Source of the DNA: a virus
Direction: 5' to 3' (one strand)
DNA: 64,000 nucleotides
IMG/VR virus record: IMGVR_UViG_3300046690_000339
Location: 15,900 to 79,899 of that record
The notes under the pieces were generated by a model, which was not told where the DNA came from, ran no database searches, and worked only from the letters and a program-made list of their open reading frames with translations. Shown in pieces: positions 9,439 through 18,226 of the stretch. Every line of letters starts with the position of its first letter. Position 1 is the first letter of the stretch. Position numbers and translations under genes: made by a program.

Positions 9439-9756
9439 TCAACGAATACTTTTTCGCTCATCAATGAAATTCTTCGGCATACAAGACCAATATTCCTGCG
9501 GAATATCCTGCCAACCGATTGCTTGACCCTTCGGCAATGTTTGGGAAAAGAGATTTAATTTACTGGTGCAGATTACCGCATCCATCTTTATTCTAACCGA
9601 TTCATTTTCTACCCGAATTAACGATTCAAGCGCTCGGTGCTCTTCTTTGCGGTTGGCATGTTCCCAGATTCCCATTACTGTAAGCGCGCTTATAACGACC
9701 ACGATAAACACTGTTCCGGCTGCGCTCCAAATATCCGTTGTGTTCGCCAATACCAA
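9439..9756 (-). CDS. Single-TM protein, paralogue of 9092..9394
   Basis: Same motifs as 9092..9394. Confidence 0.6.
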   Translation of the reverse strand: MVLANTTDIWSAAGTVFIVVVISALTVMGIWEHANRKEEHRALESLIRVENESVRIKMDAVICTSKLNLFSQTLPKGQAIGWQDIPQEYWSCMPKNFIDERKSIR

Positions 9757-9869
9757 CGTTCACGTCCTCGACAGCAACATTTCGAGCTGACTCTTTTTCC
9801 GGTTCAAGGCGGCAATTTGTTCCTTGGTCGCCTTCAGTTCCGCCTGTAGTTTCTTCCGTTCCTTCGCCG

Positions 9870-10070
9870 TCATGCTGCACGGTCCACTTGATCGCGTTCC
9901 AAGCCTCTCAGGATTGCCCGCCGCTCGAAATCCTCGATCCATTTCAGCCGGATCATGATCCACTTGATTCTCTCCTCGGCATATTCAAGCCGGATTGCCA
10001 GCGATGTTTTCTCATGCGGTATCGGTCCAGTAGCGGCCTCCATCAAGGCGTCTATATCGAAATGATTCAC
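9870..10070 (-). CDS. Hypothetical protein
   Basis: Overlap coupling with the upstream gene. Confidence 0.4.
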   Translation of the reverse strand: MNHFDIDALMEAATGPIPHEKTSLAIRLEYAEERIKWIMIRLKWIEDFERRAILRGLERDQVDRAA

Positions 10071-10375
10071 CTTAGCTTTAACCCGCCCGGCGCATTCGGC
10101 GCCTTGGCGCTATTCGGTCCCGATACATACTCACAAGCCCCAATGTCCGGCGCTGCTCCCGACCATTCCTGGCATCCGCTTGGATCAGGCCCCGGCGCCG
10201 GGCAATGAAAGCCGGCGATCCATGCACCCTTGTCCATCAGCGTGTCACCGGGTTTCGGCAGCAAGTCCGCCGTCACGCATTCCACAGGACCAACCCATAC
10301 ATAAACCCCATCGGTCCACATGTTGGTCGATCCTGGCAGAAGCGTAACGGCGGCGGCTAGCATCAGTCCGATCAC
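10067..10375 (-). CDS. Secreted small protein
   Basis: Signal-like N-terminus, APDIGACEY motif, C-terminal APNAPGGLKLR. Confidence 0.55.
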   Translation of the reverse strand: MIGLMLAAAVTLLPGSTNMWTDGVYVWVGPVECVTADLLPKPGDTLMDKGAWIAGFHCPAPGPDPSGCQEWSGAAPDIGACEYVSGPNSAKAPNAPGGLKLR

Positions 10376-10593
10376 GGCACATTCGCTGCCAAGGCGTCGG
10401 CGACCGCCTGATCATTCGAGTTCACACTGTTGAACACGCCGTCAATTGCCGCTTGCTGAGCAGGGGTTAATTGACCAACCTTAGAAAGCGCGTCCACTAA
10501 CGCGGCTTTCAAGGTCGTAGTAAGCGCGACAAGCGAGCCGGTGTCGGTCGTTTCCTTTGAAACAGCCGCGACAACATCATCAATTGTAGCCAT
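10372..10593 (-). CDS. Ala-rich helical phage protein
   Basis: MATIDDVVAAV start follows an AAGGAGG SD. Confidence 0.6.
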   Translation of the reverse strand: MATIDDVVAAVSKETTDTGSLVALTTTLKAALVDALSKVGQLTPAQQAAIDGVFNSVNSNDQAVADALAANVP

Positions 10594-10627
10594 AATTTGT
10601 TTCCTCCTTTCGCCGACACCGAGCCGG

Positions 10628-10819
10628 CTATTTATTATTTTTGAGCGCTTCGTCCACCTTGGGGTCATTTTCCTGAAGCGCAGCAAACATGAAATCCAGT
10701 TTCGATTGATCCTCCGGACTCACATGGGTTTTGCCGAATAGATCCAATACAAATTTCGCAAAGCGCATAAATTCATCGACGGTCAATCTGCCCGGCTCCT
10801 GCGGATGGTCCATTAGCAT
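10628..10819 (-). CDS. Hypothetical protein
   Basis: Coupled ORF. Confidence 0.5.
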   Translation of the reverse strand: MLMDHPQEPGRLTVDEFMRFAKFVLDLFGKTHVSPEDQSKLDFMFAALQENDPKVDEALKNNK

Positions 10820-11253
10820 TTCCTCTCAAATTCCATGGCAGCCTTAAACAGTTCGGCTTTCACTTCAGGCCGCCAAACATAAGGCGCGCCGATATAGTTG
10901 GCACGCATAGCGGCGCGAGCTTTCGCTCCGACCCGCTGCCATATTTTTCTTATCAAGTCCCGATTGACGATTTCCCCTTCGATGGATTTTGTGATGTGCT
11001 CGTATTCGCGCGGTTCGACTAGAATCGGTTTGTCGTGTTTACTCTTGCGATGCTCAGTTTTACCAAACTCCAAATATTTCCAAGCCTGCCGAACTGCGTC
11101 GATTGGATCTTTACCCCGCCATTCCGCAAATAGTGCTTCCTGCATAAAGTCGCTAAACGTCTCTCGATAATCGCTTTGCGTTCGACTCGCCCATTTCTTT
11201 GCCCACTTACGAATAAATGTCATCTGCTCCGCAGTCACTGCGGATAAACCCAA
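10813..11253 (-). CDS. Hypothetical protein, weakly sigma-region-2-like
   Basis: WAKKWA...DFMQEALFA pattern. Confidence 0.35.
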   Translation of the reverse strand: MGLSAVTAEQMTFIRKWAKKWASRTQSDYRETFSDFMQEALFAEWRGKDPIDAVRQAWKYLEFGKTEHRKSKHDKPILVEPREYEHITKSIEGEIVNRDLIRKIWQRVGAKARAAMRANYIGAPYVWRPEVKAELFKAAMEFERKC

Positions 11254-11591
11254 TTTCCATCGATCTTGAATACCGTTTCGTTGCTGGCATCGCCGAGCGG
11301 ATCGACAGAATCGCTATCATTGGCGCCCATCGCGATGCAATAATAAATACCGTTTACCCGCGGCACGACCTGCCAGACGTATAAGGAAGTCGACGTGCTG
11401 GTCGTCTTTGCAAAGCGCGTGTATTGTCCGGGCGCGGTTCCACAGGAGAGCTGAAAATATTTCGTCCAGCTATCCGGCACCCACTGCCAGTAAAACCGCG
11501 CCTGGTTATAATTGCGCGGCTCTGCCTCGACGAATGATGCCAGCAGGGCAACGAGCAGAACGGTAAAACCGAAAAACCGCACCTGCTTCAT
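11235..11591 (-). CDS. Secreted fibronectin-III-like protein
   Basis: Signal peptide; W...YxLSCGTAPGQY...YYCIAMG...SNE. Confidence 0.6.
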   Translation of the reverse strand: MKQVRFFGFTVLLVALLASFVEAEPRNYNQARFYWQWVPDSWTKYFQLSCGTAPGQYTRFAKTTSTSTSLYVWQVVPRVNGIYYCIAMGANDSDSVDPLGDASNETVFKIDGNWVYPQ

Positions 11592-11995
11592 CTGACGATC
11601 AAATTAGTCGGCGCGTTAGACGGCAGCGGCGGGATAACCGGCGTCGTCCAGCATGCTTGAGGACTCGGCGCGCTAGGCGCGGCGGTATTGACCGCCAGCA
11701 CGTCCCAGCAATGGGCGACGTTTCCTGCATCCGTAAAAACATTCTGAAAAGTTACGACCGGTACATTGACCGTACCGATCTGGGTTTTTGCCCCGGCACC
11801 ATCCGCACGTCGGATCGAATAACTAGCCGGCGCGTCATGGGTGGCATCGGCTACTGAAGCCGTCCAATCCAATGTCGCCGTACAGTTTTGGCTTGTAGCA
11901 CTAACGCGCGTGCAGGTCTTTTGCGCCTCGGCATTGGACACCATCCATAAAAAGGCGATGACGAATCCGACAAGAGGCAACCAAGCTTTTGTCAT
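11588..11995 (-). CDS. Secreted fibronectin-III-like protein
   Basis: Signal peptide; TLDWT...YSIRR...CWDVLAVN...SAPS; ends PSNAPTNLIVR. Confidence 0.65.
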   Translation of the reverse strand: MTKAWLPLVGFVIAFLWMVSNAEAQKTCTRVSATSQNCTATLDWTASVADATHDAPASYSIRRADGAGAKTQIGTVNVPVVTFQNVFTDAGNVAHCWDVLAVNTAAPSAPSPQACWTTPVIPPLPSNAPTNLIVR

Positions 11996-12021
11996 ATATT
12001 TCCTTTCTCTGCGTAAACAAT

Positions 12022-12058
12022 AAAAAAGGCCGGGAAGCTATTACGCTCCACCGGCCTC
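12022..12058 (-). terminator. Intrinsic terminator/attenuator-like hairpin
   Basis: AGGCCGG...CCGGCCT followed by a U-tract on the - strand. Confidence 0.65.
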
Positions 12059-12099
12059 TTGGACCTGAAAGACTTAAACCGAACGGCCTCTATGGGCCT

Positions 12100-12327
12100 T
12101 TAGTTCTTACGGGGTTGGTCGTCTATCGGTGTTGCCTCCACGGTAAACACCACCATAAATTTGCAGCGGCACCGGATCTCGCCCACCAACACGCCCTTAA
12201 ACCACAGCCTGTCGCATTTCGGACATCTGACTTCGGGCAGGCCATCACCCCCGCTTATACAGGAAACCGCCTGGCTTTGCACATCTATCTTTCGCCTCGG
12301 ATTTTCTACCATGACCCCTTGTTCCAT
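12100..12327 (-). CDS. Mu Com-like zinc-finger RNA-binding regulator
   Basis: EVRCPKCDRLWFKG...EIRCRCK matches the Com pattern. Confidence 0.65.
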   Translation of the reverse strand: MEQGVMVENPRRKIDVQSQAVSCISGGDGLPEVRCPKCDRLWFKGVLVGEIRCRCKFMVVFTVEATPIDDQPRKN

Positions 12328-12448
12328 GCAGTTTTGCTCCTTAAAATCTTAACAGGCCTGGGCGGGTGGGATAGACAAGGGCCTCATATCGCGGGAATTG
12401 CGCCCGGATTACTGATTTGGCTCGTTCTATCCGCCCGCTTCTCACTCG

Positions 12449-12853
12449 TCAGCTTGCGCTGACTACTCTCACATTGGTGCCGTCACAGTAAAGAATCTTA
12501 GTATCGCCATTCGCCAGCGCGATCCCGGTGCCGGCTGCGGTTTTGACGGTCGCATTAAAACCGCCCGTTGCTTCATGTTTGAAGATATAAAGCTTCACGT
12601 TATCCGGCACGATGATATTTCGCGCGCCGGTCATGGCACCGGATAGCACGAAGAAAACATTGCGCAGCGCCTTGTAAAGATTGGAGGCGGTATCCTGATC
12701 GCTGCCGGTTGTCAGATCGATATCGGCCACCGTGACGGTGATCAGGCCGAGCCCGCTGATCGCCGCTATCGCCTGCGCCAGCCCGGTGTTCGCCTGAATG
12801 TAATTCAGATTCGTGTTTTGGCTGACTTCCTGAGTATCTAAATTGTTCGCCAT
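12449..12853 (-). CDS. Tail fibre-like protein
   Basis: LSGAMTGARNIIVP...ATGGFNATVKTAAGTG...LYCDGTNV. Confidence 0.65.
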   Translation of the reverse strand: MANNLDTQEVSQNTNLNYIQANTGLAQAIAAISGLGLITVTVADIDLTTGSDQDTASNLYKALRNVFFVLSGAMTGARNIIVPDNVKLYIFKHEATGGFNATVKTAAGTGIALANGDTKILYCDGTNVRVVSAS

Positions 12854-12863
12854 CTTAATCCTT

Positions 12864-13118
12864 TTAGGTGACTACATAGACATGACAGGTATCATTTGAG
12901 CCCGGCACAAAATTGCGCGTGACTACGATCCGCGCCATTTGAGTAAGATCCAGACGAGCAGGCGGCCGCGTAACAGTCACCCTGGCCATCTGTGTCGCTG
13001 TCACCGGGACATTTGCCCGAGTGACGGCAATACGCGCTAACTGAGTTGCATCAACCGGCGAGGATGGATCGGTCGTGACTGCGACCCGCGGCTGTTGCGT
13101 TGTTACAATGTTGGGCAT
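12864..13118 (-). CDS. Small protein with three TQ(L/M)ARxxVTR repeats
   Basis: Repeats visible in the translation. Confidence 0.6.
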   Translation of the reverse strand: MPNIVTTQQPRVAVTTDPSSPVDATQLARIAVTRANVPVTATQMARVTVTRPPARLDLTQMARIVVTRNFVPGSNDTCHVYVVT

Positions 13119-13120
13119 CT

Positions 13121-14179
13121 TTAGCTGGTCTTTTCTATGCCGATCTCAGCGCCATTTAATTCGGTTGCCGTAAAGGCCGCGCTAGTCGCCGGGCTCACCA
13201 TCATCAAATCCTGAAAGTAAGCATACGACCCGGCGCTCGGCGCCTGATCCGCGCCCGGTGTGTATTCGGTCGCGCCAATCTTGACGTTGGTCTTAAAGGT
13301 CGCCGCGCCCGCCGTAGATTTTTTCGCGTAGGGCATCATACCTGCAGCAACAACTTCCTCGGTCGTCGGAATCGTCGCATAAGTGAGCAGGATTTTATCG
13401 CCGACGTTCACCAGCTCCGCATAAGTTGTGTCATTATCAGGCGGTGCCTCATCGGTTGCTTGCCTACTGTCGGCCGCACCAGTCGCCACGCCATCATCAA
13501 CCGAGCCCGTACCAGTCGGAAGATCTTCGCGCACCCGGCAGTCACCTAAAAACGCCGCATCATTCGTCACCATATCGTCAAACTTCACTGTAGTCGCCGG
13601 CACTTGATTAGCAAGATTGGTTATCATAGTGGCGCCGATCGTGATCTCCGTCACAGTACCTGCGCCGCCGTTTTTGGTATCCTGACCGGTCAGGCTCAAG
13701 ATCGACGCGCCATTGACCAGAATATCGATCGTTCCGGTGGAATCGTCGATCACTGCTTTCATTTCGACGTGATAGAAAACATTTACAGAGGCAACAAAGC
13801 TGCCGGTCCCGAGCGCTGTTCCCGCGCGCGTGACTCTTAACGTGCCGTCCGGGAACAATCGGACATCAATGTGAACCGTACCAGACTCGCGCAGTTCCAA
13901 AAGAATGAAAGCTTGGCTGGCCACCGGTAAAACATTCGTAGAGAAAGCGAACGATTGATAGATCGTCGATAGGGCGGCCGGCAGTGTCTTGACCGCCTTG
14001 GCTCCTGCGTTTGAGCTGTTCGTATTGTTCGGAATTAGTGCCAACAGCCCTTGCGTCGAGTTGCGCCCGCCCGCGCCGATCGTGATCGTAGACGTACCGG
14101 TGATCGACGTCGAAGTAAAATAATGCAGCACGGTCGTATCGACCTCAAAGCCCATTGCCATGCCGTTCGGGATCGTCAT
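13121..14179 (-). CDS. Tail-associated lectin (ConA-like) protein
   Basis: FYHVEMK...GTIDILVNG...FDDM pattern. Confidence 0.6.
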   Translation of the reverse strand: MTIPNGMAMGFEVDTTVLHYFTSTSITGTSTITIGAGGRNSTQGLLALIPNNTNSSNAGAKAVKTLPAALSTIYQSFAFSTNVLPVASQAFILLELRESGTVHIDVRLFPDGTLRVTRAGTALGTGSFVASVNVFYHVEMKAVIDDSTGTIDILVNGASILSLTGQDTKNGGAGTVTEITIGATMITNLANQVPATTVKFDDMVTNDAAFLGDCRVREDLPTGTGSVDDGVATGAADSRQATDEAPPDNDTTYAELVNVGDKILLTYATIPTTEEVVAAGMMPYAKKSTAGAATFKTNVKIGATEYTPGADQAPSAGSYAYFQDLMMVSPATSAAFTATELNGAEIGIEKTS

Positions 14180-14671
14180 TTACGTTCTCCTGCCAAAGAT
14201 CGAAAAGCCGAAGACCGCGAGCGTCGGATCGGGCGAAGCTGGATTGTGTACGGTGATATAATCGGTCCCACCGATAAAGCTCGTATCGCCGGGAAAGCTG
14301 AAGCTCGGCACCGTTGCGGCAGCGCCGACATTCATAGTGCCAAACTCAACGCCATTTTTTTTAATCGAGAAAGTCGTCGAGCCCGTAGCAGCGAACAACG
14401 CCTTGCCCGCGCTACGATTCCCCGCTGATGGAATAGTTATATCCTCAGTCGGGACGCCGATCGCTATCACTGCGTTTGCTACCTGCGGCTCCAGCATCAT
14501 GCCGCCGAGCACATAAATCCATTTATCGATCAGATCGCCGCCGCTCTGCATAAAGTCATCGACGGTCATCTTCTTGCTGCCGGATGCGCCTAGAGACGGT
14601 CGCACGACATAGACAAGATCGCCGGTGACTAGCGTCGTGATTGCGGTTCTTCCTGTTAATGGTCCAGCCAT
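14180..14671 (-). CDS. Tail-associated protein
   Basis: AATGSTTFSIKKNGVEFGT; downstream of the tip protein. Confidence 0.6.
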   Translation of the reverse strand: MAGPLTGRTAITTLVTGDLVYVVRPSLGASGSKKMTVDDFMQSGGDLIDKWIYVLGGMMLEPQVANAVIAIGVPTEDITIPSAGNRSAGKALFAATGSTTFSIKKNGVEFGTMNVGAAATVPSFSFPGDTSFIGGTDYITVHNPASPDPTLAVFGFSIFGRRT

Positions 14672-14674
14672 AAT

Positions 14675-15877
14675 CTATTGCTCAAATTGCATCGCTGCGC
14701 CGTCCTCAAACTCGATCACGTTGCCGTCTTGGAATAGCATCTCGAAGGCGCCGAAATCGGCGGCGCCCGACGGATTGATGATCGCGTGCCCAGGATAGCC
14801 GCGCCCGACTTCGGCGCTGATTTGGTAAATGTTGATATGTAAGTTGGTGCCCTTTAGCCCACCGAAATCGGTTGTCTGATCCGCATCGTTATACGTGAAG
14901 GCTTCGGTCGTCGAGGTCAGCGTGCGAAGCACTGCGCTTTCATCATCCTCCAAGATATCCAGTTCGTAACTTTCCGCCGTCTCGGCAAGAGGCGGATCGT
15001 AAAAGTCCCGACCGTTGCGTCCTTGTAAACGGCTGCGCCGCTTGAAAGTAATCTGGACGTCATCCCCGATATCGGCCAAGCCACGAATGTCCACTGGAGC
15101 CCATGGCTTCAACGATATGCCGGTGTCGGTAAACGTGGTCGCTTGCGCACCGGTTATGTCCATGCCAGACGATACGGCTTTGAATTGCCGCGGCTGGCTA
15201 ATCACGGCCAGCGCATCGTTGATGCGGAAGGTAATCGCCTGGCGTAAAAGAATCGCCCGCTCATTCAGCAAGTGCGTTGCCATCGCCCACTCGGTTCCCT
15301 TATAGCCGCGCACCATGGGACCGTCCAAGCTCCAGCGCGTCGCCGATAGCTGGCTGACATTCTGAGACAGCACGATTTCATCGCCGATCAAGTAAGCCAC
15401 TTCGCCTTTCAGCATCTCTTCCAATGACATGCTTTCCAGCGTGCCGCCGATCAATTCGATCTCAAGCGTGTTGGCATAATCCAGCGTATTGATTTCGCCG
15501 GCCGGCAGCACTTCCTTGGCGAAACCGATCGGCGACGCTTGATCAACCGTTTTCACCTGCTGAAAATCCGCGGTATCATCGTCACTTTGCCAGAGGCTCG
15601 CCGCGCCCCAGGTCGCCAACGCGCCGCGCATGGCGACATAAAAGCCCGCGCCATCATCGGCATCGCGCAGCGTCGGGATATCCATTAAGCGCAGGATCGT
15701 CGAGCCCGGAACATTGACCGTCTGGTTCGGGAAGTTCGCCCGGACCGCTGTGACCGGATCGCCGAGCGCCTGACTGAAATAAATGGCGGGATCTTCCCGG
15801 TAGATTTTTACCGTGATCAATCCCTCGGCGGCCAGCGTCGCCTCGGCAATTCTTGCGGTGATATCTCGGGTTGCCAT
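14675..15877 (-). CDS. Tail tip (RcGTA gp15/megatron-like) protein, C-terminal part
   Basis: MDIPTLRDADD...GFYVA...W, EIV...A...W...RGYKGTE and PLAETAESYELDI motifs; begins mid-domain. Confidence 0.8.
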   Translation of the reverse strand: MATRDITARIAEATLAAEGLITVKIYREDPAIYFSQALGDPVTAVRANFPNQTVNVPGSTILRLMDIPTLRDADDGAGFYVAMRGALATWGAASLWQSDDDTADFQQVKTVDQASPIGFAKEVLPAGEINTLDYANTLEIELIGGTLESMSLEEMLKGEVAYLIGDEIVLSQNVSQLSATRWSLDGPMVRGYKGTEWAMATHLLNERAILLRQAITFRINDALAVISQPRQFKAVSSGMDITGAQATTFTDTGISLKPWAPVDIRGLADIGDDVQITFKRRSRLQGRNGRDFYDPPLAETAESYELDILEDDESAVLRTLTSTTEAFTYNDADQTTDFGGLKGTNLHINIYQISAEVGRGYPGHAIINPSGAADFGAFEMLFQDGNVIEFEDGAAMQFEQ

Positions 15878-18226
15878 TTAAGCCATTGCCCCTAACAGCG
15901 GCGCATCGTCATAACAACGCCGATTTCCCAGCTCACAATACTTCCGCTCCAAGTCCATCCCGATGCCGCGCCGGTTCATCTTGTCAGCGACTAGCGCCGT
16001 CGTCCCTGAACCGCTGAACGGGTCAAGAATGATCGCGCCGGGCTTCGATACCAGCTTGATGAGATACTCGATCAGGTCTTGAGGCTTGACGGTCGGATGA
16101 TTGTTGCCCTCGCCACGGTCGGCCTTGTCGGCCTTGGCGGTATAGTGAAATCTATTTGCTGAGTCCGCTTCCCCACGAACCGTATTGAATAGCGTGATGT
16201 TGAATGTGGCAGGCTCTACAGACCCATTTGATTTCCAGCGGCTTATTGTAATCGTCGTGATGTCGGTCCGCCTTTGGGTTGCCGCAATTTTCACAAGGCA
16301 ACCGTTCGGGAAAGGCTTTTCTTGCTGCAGCTCGGGCGAGACATTTTTTTCTAAACTCAGAATTGCTGTGATAAGCGACTCGCAAAGTTTTCTTAACTCT
16401 CTCGGCGTTGCGCTCATAAAATGGTGCGTTGAATCGCTTAATCCAAGTCGTCCTTGGCTGGCCAAAATTGCTGCATGACTTAGAGCAGAAGCGACGTGAT
16501 CGCTTGACAGGAAAGAAAGGTCGTCGGCAGTATTCGCAAGGTCTTGATTCCATGCTATTATTATAGCCTTGGCGTTGCAAAAAAGCGACTCAATTTCATT
16601 CAAAGAAACAGTTTTAAAAAACCGTGACGCGCCGCCGGTGTCGCCATACCAGTCAATCGGGTCTGCCCCTCTACTCTCTGCACCATAAACATTGCCTTGA
16701 TGACCAGACGTTGTTTTGGCGCGACTAACTGTTTTACCGCTGGTCAATTCCCCGCTCTGCTCATCGAGCAGCGCCGCCGCTTCTTCGTCGAGGATTAGGT
16801 TGGCGGGCCAACGACCGACGTTGCTGTGATGATTCGCTTTTGTCGGATCGTAGTTATCGCCAAGGCCGGTTTGAGACGGTCGCCCATTCGCGCCGCATTT
16901 ATAATCGCCATCGAGGTTGATTCGACACCCGTCGATATTCAGCGCCCCGGTACCGTATCGCTGCACGTTTTCGGCTACAGTGCCGATGATCGGCTTGCGG
17001 GCGACGATGATCGGCTGGAACTTAGGCCGTAATCCCAGCCCTATTTCTTCCGGGTGTAAGCGCTGCGCCTCGTCGATAGCATCGCCTAGAACAGAAAGCT
17101 CTTGGATGGCGTTGATGCTCGTGACGACGGCGTTCAAATATCTTGCCGCAGGCAAGGCATTTAACTGTAACCCAGGCGCTTGCAACTCTGCCTTTATGAT
17201 GATGCTTGGAGTGAGCGCCGATAAGCATAACTTCAAGATTTTTAGGTCGATTGTCGGATTTGTTTTCGATTCCCTCTCGCTTGTGGTGGACGTGCTCATT
17301 TCGTCGAAGTGGGCGACCAAGGCGCTGCGCCATGACGACACGATGCTCAAGCTCGTATTTATCGCCGACACGCACAGCGACGTATCCGTCTTTGCGCGTA
17401 AATCGTCCCAAATATTCTTTGGCTGCTCGACATCCCATCGAGCAAAAGCGAGCGCCGCGTCGTGCTCTGCTTGGCTTAACTTGAAATGTTGTTCCGCAAT
17501 TCTCGCAGGTAATATCGACCATAGTTGCGCCTCCAATTTCAATAGGTTCGCAACTATTATACTCCGTTCCGTTGATTCTGGAAATGGTTTTTGTGCTACT
17601 ATGATATTTTCCCATGCGGGTTTAAGCGCCGTGCCCCAGCCTTGCCACTCTTTTGCGGCGTCGGTAGATGGTGCAGTGAGTTTTTCTATTCCATAACCAA
17701 AGATAGCAGTATTGTTTCGATTAGCTTCAGCTGCGGCCATCGTGACGCCGTTTCGTTTTGCCGCCTGAACATCTCCCCTAACTTTTTCTCCAACAATCTC
17801 CCGCTCCGCTCCTGCCGCCTTATCAATCGCCTTACTCACGTCCAACGATTTCGGAAATCCGCTGCCGTAGAGCCACATGATGCAATCACGAATCTCAAAG
17901 CCTGCGTCCTCGATTGCGCAGGTCAGCCGGTGAAACGTCCGCGTGCCGCCGAAGGCGAGCAGGTAAGCGCCGGGCTTGAGCACGCGGAGGGCTTCGAGCC
18001 AGTATTCAACTCCCGGCACAACGGCGTCCCATTTTTGGCCCATGAATCCGCCGCCAGTTGTTACACGCGAGCGACCTGCAGGAGATTTCAGATTCAACGA
18101 AGCCGCGCCGCTTCCGCCTTTTTTGTTTTGAGTAAGTCCGTAAGGCGGATCGGTGATGATGGCGTCCACCGAATTATCCTTCAGCGGTACTTGTCTTGCG
18201 TCGGCGTTGAGAATTTTCCAGCTCAT
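15878..18226 (-). CDS. Beta-class N6A/N4C DNA methyltransferase with two in-frame insertions
   Basis: TDPPY, WLYGSGFPKS, GWGTALKPAWE, GRWPAN, HPTVKP and DPFSGSGTT motifs. Confidence 0.9.
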   Translation of the reverse strand: MSWKILNADARQVPLKDNSVDAIITDPPYGLTQNKKGGSGAASLNLKSPAGRSRVTTGGGFMGQKWDAVVPGVEYWLEALRVLKPGAYLLAFGGTRTFHRLTCAIEDAGFEIRDCIMWLYGSGFPKSLDVSKAIDKAAGAEREIVGEKVRGDVQAAKRNGVTMAAAEANRNNTAIFGYGIEKLTAPSTDAAKEWQGWGTALKPAWENIIVAQKPFPESTERSIIVANLLKLEAQLWSILPARIAEQHFKLSQAEHDAALAFARWDVEQPKNIWDDLRAKTDTSLCVSAINTSLSIVSSWRSALVAHFDEMSTSTTSERESKTNPTIDLKILKLCLSALTPSIIIKAELQAPGLQLNALPAARYLNAVVTSINAIQELSVLGDAIDEAQRLHPEEIGLGLRPKFQPIIVARKPIIGTVAENVQRYGTGALNIDGCRINLDGDYKCGANGRPSQTGLGDNYDPTKANHHSNVGRWPANLILDEEAAALLDEQSGELTSGKTVSRAKTTSGHQGNVYGAESRGADPIDWYGDTGGASRFFKTVSLNEIESLFCNAKAIIIAWNQDLANTADDLSFLSSDHVASALSHAAILASQGRLGLSDSTHHFMSATPRELRKLCESLITAILSLEKNVSPELQQEKPFPNGCLVKIAATQRRTDITTITISRWKSNGSVEPATFNITLFNTVRGEADSANRFHYTAKADKADRGEGNNHPTVKPQDLIEYLIKLVSKPGAIILDPFSGSGTTALVADKMNRRGIGMDLERKYCELGNRRCYDDAPLLGAMA
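16152..16553 (-). CDS. Nested HNH-like endonuclease inside MTase insertion 2 (alternative frame)
   Basis: PCEYC...FCSKSC and CENCG...HHDDYNKPLEIKWVCRACH; TATAAT 6 nt upstream of ATG 16553. Confidence 0.8.
   Translation of the reverse strand: MESRPCEYCRRPFFPVKRSRRFCSKSCSNFGQPRTTWIKRFNAPFYERNAERVKKTLRVAYHSNSEFRKKCLARAAARKAFPERLPCENCGNPKADRHHDDYNKPLEIKWVCRACHIQHHAIQYGSWGSGLSK
17022..17522 (-). CDS. Nested HNH endonuclease inside MTase insertion 1 (alternative frame)
   Basis: EHRVVMAQRLGRPL...VHH...DNRPKNLEV with flanking zinc ribbons; GGAGG SD at 17530-17534 before ATG 17522. Confidence 0.85.
   Translation of the reverse strand: MVDITCENCGTTFQVKPSRARRGARFCSMGCRAAKEYLGRFTRKDGYVAVRVGDKYELEHRVVMAQRLGRPLRRNEHVHHKREGIENKSDNRPKNLEVMLIGAHSKHHHKGRVASAWVTVKCLACGKIFERRRHEHQRHPRAFCSRRCYRRGAALTPGRNRAGITA
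17521..17584 (-). promoter_or_regulatory. Internal sigma70-like promoter plus SD-occluding hairpin for the nested HNH
   Basis: TTTCCA-17-TATAAT (-10 at 17556-17561); 9-bp stem ATAGTTGCG/CGCAACTAT at 17521-17557. Confidence 0.7.

Noticed and set aside
16151-17623. MTase insertions as inteins
   Set aside because: No intein N-terminal block and no HN-C/S/T junction; the endonucleases are in a different frame.
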